Below, piece after piece: positions 47,456-57,089 of a stretch of 64,000 bases of DNA (position 1 is the first letter of the stretch; the number at the start of each line of letters is the position of its first letter). The notes beneath the pieces are model-generated. The model searched no databases. It saw only the letters and a program-made list of their open reading frames with translations, and was not told the origin of the DNA. Source of the DNA: a virus; the IMG/VR virus record IMGVR_UViG_3300027686_001029; one strand, given 5' to 3'. The translations under genes were made by a program, and so were the position numbers.

Positions 47456-48484
47456 TTAATAGTCTAACTTAATTCTTATAAGAGACTCTTTTGTAAAATC
47501 TTTCAAAAGAGGTCTTGATAGTTTTGCTACTGCTAGTAGATCATTATTATCGTTATATAGTCCCACTGCTGTTACAAAGGTCTGTGGTGAGTCAATTAAT
47601 ACGTTATGTATTAACTCTCCTGACCCTGTTGTTATAGAAGGATTTGTAGTATAGTTAAATTCACTGTTACGAGCTCTAACGAATATGAAGTTAGAAGAAA
47701 TAGTTTCTTCACCTTGCATTCTAAAGTTAGATCCCCATCTGATTAGTTCAAAGAATTGTTTTTTATTATTATCACCAATAGCATTGTTACCTCGGCTGCT
47801 AGTATAGTTTAATCCTCCAGCACTAACAGGTGTTTTTAATGCATTAGCATTAATTAATATTACTCCAATATCCGGTAGTAATTTTCCATATGATCCTGAG
47901 TTGGTAGTATAGCCGTTCGATTCTTTTTTACCTGATGAAAGAACTCCTTTTGAACCGCTGATCAGTTCGTATACTCTACCTGAATCTGCAAATGTTGTAG
48001 TTGGAACAGTTATACTGTTATCAGTTAAATGTATTACATGTCCACTTCCTGATTTAGTCAACGCTAAATCCATTGTACCAGGTAAAAGCTTTTCTTTATA
48101 TCTTGCTCTATCTACATTTATGACATAGAAGTTATCTGAGGTTACTCCTCCAAAGTTAAATGAAGCTTCTTCGTCTCCTAGTATTAAGTTTCTATATTGG
48201 CCGTATATTGTAGAAGAAGGTGACTTACCTGTTACTCCAGCATTAAATAATACTGATCCGCTTCCTTTTTCATCTGCATATGCTATAGAAAATTGTACTT
48301 TCGCTCCTGTTAAGTTAGAAGCAGTCTGGTAAATATCATAATAATATTCTCCTGATGTTGCTCCTGTCTGTGTAGAGGAGGTAAAAAAAGTAGTAAGTGT
48401 TGTTGTATCACCTGACCATATTGGAGAAGTTATCGACTCAGCGCTAACTACTACATCTTCGGTATCAAATCTTTTATATGACAT
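47456..48484 (-). CDS. Baseplate/tail-collar-like structural protein (paralog of 46409-47452)
   Basis: RARNSEFNYTTNP...FVTAVGLYNDNNDLLAVAKL. Confidence 0.6.
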   Translation of the reverse strand: MSYKRFDTEDVVVSAESITSPIWSGDTTTLTTFFTSSTQTGATSGEYYYDIYQTASNLTGAKVQFSIAYADEKGSGSVLFNAGVTGKSPSSTIYGQYRNLILGDEEASFNFGGVTSDNFYVINVDRARYKEKLLPGTMDLALTKSGSGHVIHLTDNSITVPTTTFADSGRVYELISGSKGVLSSGKKESNGYTTNSGSYGKLLPDIGVILINANALKTPVSAGGLNYTSSRGNNAIGDNNKKQFFELIRWGSNFRMQGEETISSNFIFVRARNSEFNYTTNPSITTGSGELIHNVLIDSPQTFVTAVGLYNDNNDLLAVAKLSRPLLKDFTKESLIRIKLDY

Positions 48485-48485
48485 T

Positions 48486-49142
48486 TTAGTTAGTTTTAAT
48501 TATTGTTACTGGAATCGTTAACCTTGCACCTGAGTCTCTACCTATTATTGTTACTGTAGTAGATAACTGTGTATTTGTGCCGAATAAAGTATTAACTGTA
48601 GTGGCGGTTAAGTTTACAGATGTACCTATTACCGTCTTAGATACATTTGTACCTAATGTAGTGTTAGCATTTAAAGCTTCTGCAGCATCTGTATTGACTC
48701 CTACTCCTGTAAATGAATTAAGTACTCTTGTATCTGCTATTGTTGCAGTATACCCGCCTGCTTCGAAAATTGAAGTAGCACCTAAGTAGTTTAGTGTTTG
48801 AGGGGTGATTGCTAATGAAGCTCCTTGTTTAAGAGTAATAGTAGCAAATCCTAAATCTAGTACTGGAAGTTTAGAAGTACCTCGAGGAAGAGTAGTTAAC
48901 TTATACTTCAAGATTTGGTTTTCGTCTGGGAATGCTTCTAGTAGAGGCATATTTTCTATAGCCTCTCCGTATAATGCTGATCCAGATGGATGTGCAGGAT
49001 TATATAATGTATAATCGATCTCATCATCCCCTAAAGCAAATTGTGTTATTTTAAAAGAACCATCTCCTCGGGCTAATAGCTCTCTTCCTTTTTTTGTTAG
49101 GATAGCATCCACTGTTACTATCGCATTATCTAAGTATCCCAT
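48486..49142 (-). CDS. Baseplate/tail-collar-like protein
   Basis: AILTKKGRELLA...ITQFALGD motif resembling the N-terminus of collar-fibre (DUF3751-like) domains. Confidence 0.6.
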   Translation of the reverse strand: MGYLDNAIVTVDAILTKKGRELLARGDGSFKITQFALGDDEIDYTLYNPAHPSGSALYGEAIENMPLLEAFPDENQILKYKLTTLPRGTSKLPVLDLGFATITLKQGASLAITPQTLNYLGATSIFEAGGYTATIADTRVLNSFTGVGVNTDAAEALNANTTLGTNVSKTVIGTSVNLTATTVNTLFGTNTQLSTTVTIIGRDSGARLTIPVTIIKTN

Positions 49143-49160
49143 TTTGTTATTGTTATTTTA

Positions 49161-49168
49161 TATAAATA
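49161..49168 (-). promoter_or_regulatory. Candidate late promoter box TATTTATA
   Basis: About 19 nt upstream of ATG 49142. Confidence 0.65.
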
Positions 49169-49183
49169 TATGAAAATTTTATT

Positions 49184-50098
49184 TTACTCTATACTAGTTA
49201 CTATACCATTTAAGTCTACGTTGTATACCTCGTCTGTATCGATTGAATATACTCGAGATGTTACTATTCTGTTAAATACATTTCCTTCTGGTGTAAATAC
49301 TATACTAGAAGAAGCTGGAAAATTTTGAACTGACATTATAGAGGCTGATTTTATTGTTCTTGCATTAAAAAATATCTCTTCTATCTCTCTATCAGCAAAT
49401 AGCTGTGCTTTTATAGTCACTACGGTAGCGTCTTCACTATATATACTGCCTTCAAAAGACCTTAGTGCAAGAGCAGGATCATTACCTACTACGCTTCCGC
49501 TGTTTAATTTAGTTCCTTCATACCTAGCTCTTACTATTCCAGCTATAGTATAGTTGCTATCTTGTACTTGAGCAAATGCAGCTGATTGAGAAATAATTGC
49601 AGATAGGTTAGAAGGATTAGCAATTCCTGTATTTCTGTCTACCTGCTGTCTAACCGTATTTTTCTTCTCTACTGTTGAATTTCCTTGTAGAGGGTAAAAT
49701 TCACTATTTTCAAATCCTTTAGCAACATAAGGCTCAAATATTAATGGAGAAAGAAGTTCTCTTGGATTACCTGCATCATCATCAACTGGTAAACTTGTTG
49801 CTACCGTATCTCTCAGCCTAAAGTAGTAGTGTGTATTTTGCTGCTGTCTACCTACTATATCTGAGGTGTATACTGTGCCACCGTATGCATAGGATACGTT
49901 ATTCATTTCAGTTAAAGCAGACCTAATAGAAGTTCCATCTTGTGATCTAAAAGGTATAGTCATACCCTGTATAACAAAGGGAGCTATATTAATAGAAGCA
50001 GATACACTGCTGCTTACAAGTAAGTTTATATTACCTACTCCTCCAGTATAGTTAGAAAATGCTGCAGGATTTAACGCTATGAATTCATCTATTATCAT
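49184..50098 (-). CDS. Hypothetical baseplate-region protein
   Basis: 304-aa ORF in the baseplate operon. Confidence 0.55.
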   Translation of the reverse strand: MIIDEFIALNPAAFSNYTGGVGNINLLVSSSVSASINIAPFVIQGMTIPFRSQDGTSIRSALTEMNNVSYAYGGTVYTSDIVGRQQQNTHYYFRLRDTVATSLPVDDDAGNPRELLSPLIFEPYVAKGFENSEFYPLQGNSTVEKKNTVRQQVDRNTGIANPSNLSAIISQSAAFAQVQDSNYTIAGIVRARYEGTKLNSGSVVGNDPALALRSFEGSIYSEDATVVTIKAQLFADREIEEIFFNARTIKSASIMSVQNFPASSSIVFTPEGNVFNRIVTSRVYSIDTDEVYNVDLNGIVTSIE

Positions 50099-50100
50099 CT

Positions 50101-53010
50101 TTAATTAAATATTGCGTATATGTTATTACCGTATACAGGTTCGAATGTTTCGTATACACTTAAGGTTGTATCGGTAGAAATTAAGTTACCTGAGCTTGAG
50201 GTAGGTGCTTTATACCACCCCCTAAATGTTCTTGGATATGTGGCTGTTTGAGTTAAAGTAAAGAACTCATAGTCATCATAATTTTGAGCTATATTAATAC
50301 TGGCTGCTTCTGTAACAGCAACTGGGTAACTGGATCCAACTTTTCCTGTTGTTGCAGCTGACCCTGTAGCAAATATACTAAAGTAATCACCTGCATAAGT
50401 AACCTGTAAAGAAATATTACATGAAGCAGGAATTGGATCAGATAAGAATAGAGTAGTAAGGTCCATTAGTACTTGAGGCTGTGCAGCTGATTTATATGGA
50501 TTACTAGCATTCAGTTCTCCAGTCGTAACTATAGTTAGTGAACCTTTAAATTCTCCTGTATACTTAGGAGCTTCATCTGTAACGTTCCTTGGAGCTGATC
50601 CTAGTGGTGTATTTATAGTGCCGGTATAGTTTGTTGTATACGCTGTACTTGCTGAAACTGGAAAAGATCCTGCATCTCCTGCTGAGGCTGTTACAATTGC
50701 TATTGATGCTGTATGTATAGTGTTTTCGGCTGTTGCTTTAGGGGCTTTAGCTTTACTTCTATTCATCAAGTGGGGTTCAATAATAAGGCCTGTTGCTACA
50801 GTTGCCCTAGCTGGAACAAAGTTTTTAATCATCTTAAATAAAGAATTATCAAAAAACTTTAATAGTCTTATAAATGCTTTAGGTGATTTTTCCCAGTATT
50901 GTTCTGAGTTCCATATTGCGTTGTTTTCGTTCCATTTACCAGATGCTTCATCCCAAGTGGCAGTTAAGTTCATTAAGCTACTTGCTAGAGTGTTTAAAGC
51001 ATCATAACTTCCTGACTGCTCTAAGCTAGGGTCTCCTATATACTGGTCAATGTTAAATGAACCGGTAGTTCTACTTCTTAACTTATCGTTGTATTGGTTA
51101 TTTATATTGAATCCTACGTGTATCTCACTTGTATCTTGAGAATACTTTTTACTTGGTTTTTCTATAGATGTATAGTTAGAAACTACACTTTCACTAAGGT
51201 AGCTTCCTGTGGCGTCAGTTCTAATAGAATTTAAAGAGCCTGTTACGTTTACTTCGTATCCAAAATAATCATCAGATCCTATCTTAGCGCCTGCTCCTAA
51301 TTCTATAGAGAGGATACTATCAGGTATACCGAAGCATGCAGTTAGTGCCCTAAGCCCTCTTATAGTTCCTTTTCCTTTTGTTAGTAAGGGTAGATTATGG
51401 TATATTCGTTTATATACCTCTTGTTTATAGCTTTGCTTAGCCATAGGTTGTTGGTAAGCAAGGTTACTTCCAGAGGTTATTACTTTAATATAATTTATAT
51501 CTTCACTTCCAGTCTGATATGTTTCACCTACATAAGAAGAGAATAAATTATCTATATTTTCATTTCCATCGTATAGGTTAATACCAAAAGACTGTACTAC
51601 TTCTCTTACTATATCTTTACTTACACCAAAGTCTATCCTATTATCAGAGTCGTATTTATCTGTAACGGCTTTAGAGTATATCCATAAGTTATCAAAATGA
51701 TGTGCGATCATATGCACAAACATTAAGTAAGATGTATTGTTAGCATCTTCTCTTATAAAGTTAGGAATAGTGTTTATTAAAATATCAAAATTACTAAAGT
51801 CGTAGTTATTAGCAACTGCTATTTGACTATTAAACCAGGTTACAGCTTCTGAAGTACTACTAGCGTAATTAGTATATGGTTTAATACTATTAGATTTAGG
51901 CCAAGAAGAAGATCCACTACTAAAATATAGGTGTCTATCGTAATGATCAAAATTATCTACTATCCCCTCTATTAGTCCGTTATAGTATGCTTTACTTCCA
52001 GATATTCCTGTTCCTATATATGTGCCTGCTGTAGCTGTATCTAAACTAGTTCTATAAGAATTTACTAGGTCTAACTTGTATTTAAAGTTTCTTAACCTTT
52101 CTTCTGCTGAAGAGAAGTGTACAAAATTACTATAGTCCGAGTGGTTTATAGATACGTTTACGCTTTTTTCCTTGAGTAAAGAGTGTAACTCATAATTAGA
52201 ACCTGTTACTGGGTAGCTAAATAAGTCGTTGTAGTCTAAGTATTCTGTTGGACTATCTGAAGTTTCTGATATGGGAATGCTAAAGTTTGGTCCTCTAAGG
52301 TATTCAATAGATTCTTTTTCCTCTATAAAATCAGCTTCTATATTAAAAGCAATTGTGTTAGATACAATCTCTGATATAGTTACTTGGTCCTTACTTACAA
52401 CTGTGTTAGGAAGAGGTTTCATCAGTTTTATAACCACGGAGTAACCTTTAGGTACTTCTTCTGATGTTATATTTATACCTACTGAGGATGTATCATTACT
52501 TAAGTTTACGTAGAACTCAGAAAAGTATGCTTCTTGTTCTAGTTTACTTGTAAATGCTTCTGTATAGGTTTTAGTCTGTTCGTCAGTTAACCCTAATGCA
52601 AACAGTCTAATTTCTGTTCTATCAGGTGATATCTGGTCTATATAGAAGTTTCCTCCTGATCTATTATCCGTGTAGGGGTTATTTAGGAAGCTATATACTA
52701 CGTTAACGTCTCCTGCTTCATATCCATTTGCAATAATATCGTCTATAGGACTTAAAGTAATCTGACTAGCTCCTGATTGGCCTGCTGATACAGCGTTAAG
52801 GAGCTCACTATATCTTTTGTAATTTGAGTTAGAGAGTAAGAGAGTGTTCTGAATTGAGTATATTTCAAGTTTTAATTGATTCTTACTAGACTCAAAAAAC
52901 GTGTTAATAGAATAATCACTAACTATATCAGTTACTTTTTTATCTATTACCAACTCTTCTTTTATCTCTGAAGCTGAGGTGGGGTTCACTATGTAATTAA
53001 CCTCTTGCAT
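50101..53010 (-). CDS. Large baseplate wedge protein (gp7/P2 gpI-like)
   Basis: RIYHNLPLLTKGKGTIRGLRAL motif typical of tail-I-like wedge domains; context. Confidence 0.6.
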   Translation of the reverse strand: MQEVNYIVNPTSASEIKEELVIDKKVTDIVSDYSINTFFESSKNQLKLEIYSIQNTLLLSNSNYKRYSELLNAVSAGQSGASQITLSPIDDIIANGYEAGDVNVVYSFLNNPYTDNRSGGNFYIDQISPDRTEIRLFALGLTDEQTKTYTEAFTSKLEQEAYFSEFYVNLSNDTSSVGINITSEEVPKGYSVVIKLMKPLPNTVVSKDQVTISEIVSNTIAFNIEADFIEEKESIEYLRGPNFSIPISETSDSPTEYLDYNDLFSYPVTGSNYELHSLLKEKSVNVSINHSDYSNFVHFSSAEERLRNFKYKLDLVNSYRTSLDTATAGTYIGTGISGSKAYYNGLIEGIVDNFDHYDRHLYFSSGSSSWPKSNSIKPYTNYASSTSEAVTWFNSQIAVANNYDFSNFDILINTIPNFIREDANNTSYLMFVHMIAHHFDNLWIYSKAVTDKYDSDNRIDFGVSKDIVREVVQSFGINLYDGNENIDNLFSSYVGETYQTGSEDINYIKVITSGSNLAYQQPMAKQSYKQEVYKRIYHNLPLLTKGKGTIRGLRALTACFGIPDSILSIELGAGAKIGSDDYFGYEVNVTGSLNSIRTDATGSYLSESVVSNYTSIEKPSKKYSQDTSEIHVGFNINNQYNDKLRSRTTGSFNIDQYIGDPSLEQSGSYDALNTLASSLMNLTATWDEASGKWNENNAIWNSEQYWEKSPKAFIRLLKFFDNSLFKMIKNFVPARATVATGLIIEPHLMNRSKAKAPKATAENTIHTASIAIVTASAGDAGSFPVSASTAYTTNYTGTINTPLGSAPRNVTDEAPKYTGEFKGSLTIVTTGELNASNPYKSAAQPQVLMDLTTLFLSDPIPASCNISLQVTYAGDYFSIFATGSAATTGKVGSSYPVAVTEAASINIAQNYDDYEFFTLTQTATYPRTFRGWYKAPTSSSGNLISTDTTLSVYETFEPVYGNNIYAIFN

Positions 53011-53347
53011 CTGCTAATTTTGTATTTAGGTCAAGAATCTCTTGTTGATCCTTTAATATGTTTTCTCTCAAATTAGCTATCTCATCTAATAGAGGCTGTA
53101 TATCTTCTGTTTCTTTATCTATTCCTACTAGTTCATTACTTCTTCTAACTAAGTACTCATGAGATTCTTCAGGTCCATTCACTGTTATATCCATATAGAG
53201 TCTTTCGTATTCGTTGAAAAACTCGTCTACAGTTAATTCTACTACAGCAGGAGCAGGTTGAGCAAAGGTTTTAAAGTCTCTATCGACTACTTTGTCAAAT
53301 TCATCTTTTGTGTATACAGTTTTTTCAATCTTAATATCATTAGCCAT
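52997..53347 (-). CDS. Small baseplate-region protein with a coiled-coil C-terminus
   Basis: ORF coupled on both sides. Confidence 0.55.
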   Translation of the reverse strand: MANDIKIEKTVYTKDEFDKVVDRDFKTFAQPAPAVVELTVDEFFNEYERLYMDITVNGPEESHEYLVRRSNELVGIDKETEDIQPLLDEIANLRENILKDQQEILDLNTKLADARG

Positions 53348-54395
53348 TTCTTACAACTTTGAATATGTTTTTATTATCAATTACTAAGTCACTCCCGTTC
53401 AGAGTTGTTTTTATTAACAGCCTATAGTACCTTTCTGGTTGTAGTGTATCCATATATATATCGAAGAAACTTCCGCTACTATCGTAGGATACCTTAGTAT
53501 AGTTGGTATCAAAATCAATAATCATTTCTTCACTATATTCATCTCGTATGCCCCAATATGTAGTAGCTGGTAGTCTGTAGTTTGTCGTGTAGATAGAAGC
53601 TGTTACAAATGTTCTCGGTGGATATTTAGGTCGTGCCGCTAATCTAAATCTACTTTTATCTGAGTCTGTGTATTCTGCTTTAGCGTTCTTTATACTAATG
53701 GTTGCTATGTCTGTTGTAAGTTCAGTTAAAGAGCCAGCTGTTGAAGAGTCGTCCCATTTAAACTGTAAGTAAGGTGGAAATATAGTATTCGTATCAGATC
53801 CAAAGTACTTCAAGTGTATGCTTGCACTAGTGTACCCTTCGTATGCAGATTCCATTCTTAATAACCATCCATTATTAGCTATAGAACTGCTTGCAAATGC
53901 TTTAGTAGCAGATGTTACGTCCATATTAATATCATAAGTAGATGTCTTATCGAAAGCTTGCGAGCTTTGGGATACTGCTAAATAGTCTCCTCCTAGAGTA
54001 GTCCATTGAGTTGTTGCTGCATCCTTATATTTCCAGGTTGCTCCTGTTCTATTTACAGGATTATCTGCTTGTTTACCTACCCCTTCTGTCCAGGAGGAAG
54101 AAACTGGATTAGCGAAGACTGTAAAAGATGTTGGTATTTCTCCAGCTGTTGCTAGAGCTAGATTAATACTTGCAGAATAATTTCCTGATACTTTATCTGT
54201 TAAAGCAGAAGTTATGTCTGACTGTTTAAATTGTATTAGAGTCCTACTAGTTCTTCCTGTGAGTGGAAAACTAGGATCAGGATAGCCACCTATTTCTAAA
54301 ATCTCATCACGACCAGCATTTCCATATAGACCAGCAATAGTTGGTGTGCTAAATAGGAAGGTGTCTTTTTCTGGATATATTCTATATACTGCCAT
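53340..54395 (-). CDS. DNRLRE-like beta-sandwich structural protein
   Basis: EKDTFL...NAGRDEILEIG...SRTLIQF...WTEG...NNGWLL pattern. Confidence 0.6.
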   Translation of the reverse strand: MAVYRIYPEKDTFLFSTPTIAGLYGNAGRDEILEIGGYPDPSFPLTGRTSRTLIQFKQSDITSALTDKVSGNYSASINLALATAGEIPTSFTVFANPVSSSWTEGVGKQADNPVNRTGATWKYKDAATTQWTTLGGDYLAVSQSSQAFDKTSTYDINMDVTSATKAFASSSIANNGWLLRMESAYEGYTSASIHLKYFGSDTNTIFPPYLQFKWDDSSTAGSLTELTTDIATISIKNAKAEYTDSDKSRFRLAARPKYPPRTFVTASIYTTNYRLPATTYWGIRDEYSEEMIIDFDTNYTKVSYDSSGSFFDIYMDTLQPERYYRLLIKTTLNGSDLVIDNKNIFKVVRNG

Positions 54396-54398
54396 TGT

Positions 54399-56216
54399 TT
54401 ATAATGTTGTTACACGTCCTTCAATATCGGAATTTGGATATTTTATTTCAAATATACATGGATCATATGAAGGGTATACTATGTTATTTCTAGTAGCTCC
54501 TTTCACATCGTATGCGTATGTTGAATATTTACCGCCTGTTAAATTATCTACTTCTACTGTTTTTACTGTTTGTACTCCTTTTACTTTATCTAATAGTGTA
54601 TATATGCTAGATAAGTTAATAGGTTGGTTAATGTTCCATTTACTTATACTGAAATACTCTTTAAGTTCTTCTGTACAGGAAAGAAGTACGTCTCTAGAAG
54701 AAACATTTGGAAGAGCTACTATCTCAAACTTAACTTTTATATTAACTATGAATGCATCTTTAAGATTGATTGCATCAGTAAGCATTATATATTGAGAAAG
54801 GTATTTTTTAAGGTTAGCTTTTAAAGACGAACTAGTATTAACTAATTTTTTATTAATATCGTACCCTAACGTATACATGCTTAATGCTAAAGAATTAACA
54901 TCAGAATTTTGCTGTTCACTATTTAAAGTAGCTAATCCCTTACTTACATATACTTTAGCAACAGATCCGAATTGAGTAGGCATTGATAATGCTCTTACTG
55001 TGAAGTCGTTTTCTGTTACCATTCTTTGTTGCTCAGCAAATGAACGGAGAGAGTTTTGTCTAAGTTCATCAATTGAATCACCGTCTCCTCCTCCTGTAGC
55101 GGCTTCAACGTTATTAAATGCTAGTGTTGAGGTATAAGAGCTGTCTGTTGCTGATGTAGTTACTGTTCCGAGTGCTGTAATAGAGTTTGCTGGAGCATTT
55201 GATGCTACTCCTCCTCCTACTATATAGGTTATAGTTAATGTAGTATTTGTAGGTGATATACCATATGCACCTGTAAAGAGAAAATTAGAAGGATCATAAG
55301 CATAGTCTAATTTATTAACGTCTTGCTTAGTTCCTGTTATCTGTTCATTTGGGTTTGGAAGGAAAGAATCATTATCTGTCCCAGTTATACCGGACCCAAA
55401 TTGTATTTGTAATACTCCTTTTGATGTAAACCTAGTGACAAACCTTCTTGGTGCTTTAACTAAATTAAGGGTAGAGGGGACTAAGTTACTATCTGTTGCA
55501 CTATTTGTTACCTCTTGAAATACGGTATCTTGTCCTAAAAAAGGAACCTCTTTCCACTCATTGCCATCACTATCTACTATACTTTGTACTTTTACTATAT
55601 TAGTGTCTCCTAATTCTATAGTGGCAAATTTCTCTGCTGTTGTAAAGGTTGAGGTTGTAACTTTTGGTGCTCCTGAAGTAACTAGTACTTTTTTGGATAA
55701 TAAAAATTCAGCAGGTTGTCCTCCATCTAGTGAAAAGATAGTTACGTCTGTTGGATCGTAGGAACTAGAAAAACTAAAGTCAATTGGTTCAGAAGTTGTA
55801 AAAGTAGTTGAACCTGATACAGTTGATGTTACTGTGGCTCCTTCAGTGATTTTTAATGCTTGATTATAGTTAGGGGTGTAGGTTGAACCTTGTGCTGCTA
55901 CTCTCTGCGTAACTGTTAATACTGTGCTAGATACAGCTGAAACTTTAGGCCTATAGCCCATCATGTAGGCTAAAGAATATAGATTAGATGGGTTCTTCGC
56001 GTGTTGTAAGAAGGTTTCCTGAAGTTGTGTATCTTGGTAGAAGGATAGTACATCTCCTAGATATGAGGCCATTTCTATAAACATCATACCAGGTGATGTG
56101 GGTGAGAAGTCGTTATAGGCGTCGGGGAAATAGTTCTTAGCTAATTCTATCAGCCCTTGTCTGAAGTCTCCAAACTCCTTATTTACGTACTTTATGTCTC
56201 TTTCTTGTTGTGCCAT
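54399..56216 (-). CDS. gp6: Baseplate wedge subunit, T4 gp6-like
   Basis: DFSPTSPGMMFIEMASYLGDVLSFY; ATGGGDGDSIDELR; RMVTENDF. Confidence 0.9.
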   Translation of the reverse strand: MAQQERDIKYVNKEFGDFRQGLIELAKNYFPDAYNDFSPTSPGMMFIEMASYLGDVLSFYQDTQLQETFLQHAKNPSNLYSLAYMMGYRPKVSAVSSTVLTVTQRVAAQGSTYTPNYNQALKITEGATVTSTVSGSTTFTTSEPIDFSFSSSYDPTDVTIFSLDGGQPAEFLLSKKVLVTSGAPKVTTSTFTTAEKFATIELGDTNIVKVQSIVDSDGNEWKEVPFLGQDTVFQEVTNSATDSNLVPSTLNLVKAPRRFVTRFTSKGVLQIQFGSGITGTDNDSFLPNPNEQITGTKQDVNKLDYAYDPSNFLFTGAYGISPTNTTLTITYIVGGGVASNAPANSITALGTVTTSATDSSYTSTLAFNNVEAATGGGDGDSIDELRQNSLRSFAEQQRMVTENDFTVRALSMPTQFGSVAKVYVSKGLATLNSEQQNSDVNSLALSMYTLGYDINKKLVNTSSSLKANLKKYLSQYIMLTDAINLKDAFIVNIKVKFEIVALPNVSSRDVLLSCTEELKEYFSISKWNINQPINLSSIYTLLDKVKGVQTVKTVEVDNLTGGKYSTYAYDVKGATRNNIVYPSYDPCIFEIKYPNSDIEGRVTTL

Positions 56217-56626
56217 TATTGTTCGAAGTTAATAATTACTTCATCTTCTATGTTAGTATCTTGAACAGTGTACGACATTGCAAACTGAACTGTGTGTGTG
56301 TCTGGGTCTCCTACTGTAGTTAGGTTGATTATATTTACTCTAGGAAATAATACTTCCATATCTCTTTCTACAGTTGATTGAATTTGACTGACCTTTTCTT
56401 GTGTTAGATTATCAAAAAGTAAGTTTTGTAGTCTATTCCCAAAATTAGGATTCATAAAGCGTTCTCCTTTGGCTGTTAAGAAGTAATTGATTATATTGGT
56501 TTTAAGTGCATCTTTAGACGTGTAGGTAGAGTTAAAAACAGCTTTTCCAGAAAACGGAAGGGCTACCCCTACTGCTTTACTAGGTTGTGTGTCTATTACG
56601 CTAAGTCTTGTTACTTCAAATGCCAT
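56216..56626 (-). CDS. gp25: Baseplate wedge/sheath initiator, gp25-like
   Basis: LLT-KGER-MNP-FG pattern (FLTAKGERFMNPNFG); FPRV. Confidence 0.9.
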   Translation of the reverse strand: MAFEVTRLSVIDTQPSKAVGVALPFSGKAVFNSTYTSKDALKTNIINYFLTAKGERFMNPNFGNRLQNLLFDNLTQEKVSQIQSTVERDMEVLFPRVNIINLTTVGDPDTHTVQFAMSYTVQDTNIEDEVIINFEQ

Positions 56627-57072
56627 TATCTACGTCCTTTTTCTTTATCTTTTTCTATTGAGGCTTTATATATAGCGCCTGCATTTTTTAAAAATGGAAG
56701 TGTGGATAAATCAAGACCTGGTGCAGGACCTGTATTTTCTGTCATTCCCATTTGAGATGCTCCTCTTGAAGCAAAATTAGGTGCAATTGGACCTGAGGTT
56801 CCTGATATGTTTTTATATTCCTCGTTAGACATGGTGTTAGCAGTCTGATTTAACATTTCTTCTAACGTGGACGACTTACCTGATGTCCATTGTTGTTTTT
56901 TTAATTCTTTTTTCGGTGCTGACCAGCTTGTATTACCTGCTTCTGGGGCTGCAGTCATAGTTGTTGGAGCACTGGCTGCTTTAACAGCCTCGTTCATAAC
57001 TTCTTGTAGCTCTGCCTTTATAGCAGATCTAACCTCTTCTCGTATGATTTTTCTTAATTGATCGAGTTTCAT
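56626..57072 (-). CDS. Hypothetical protein with MKLDQLRKIIREE N-terminus
   Basis: ORF; TATTTATA box ends 1 nt before the ATG. Confidence 0.65.
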   Translation of the reverse strand: MKLDQLRKIIREEVRSAIKAELQEVMNEAVKAASAPTTMTAAPEAGNTSWSAPKKELKKQQWTSGKSSTLEEMLNQTANTMSNEEYKNISGTSGPIAPNFASRGASQMGMTENTGPAPGLDLSTLPFLKNAGAIYKASIEKDKEKGRR

Positions 57073-57073
57073 A

Positions 57074-57081
57074 TATATAAA
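57074..57081 (-). promoter_or_regulatory. TATTTATA box abutting a start codon
   Basis: Minus strand AAC-TATTTATA-T-ATG. Confidence 0.5.
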
Positions 57082-57089
57082 TAGTTGTA

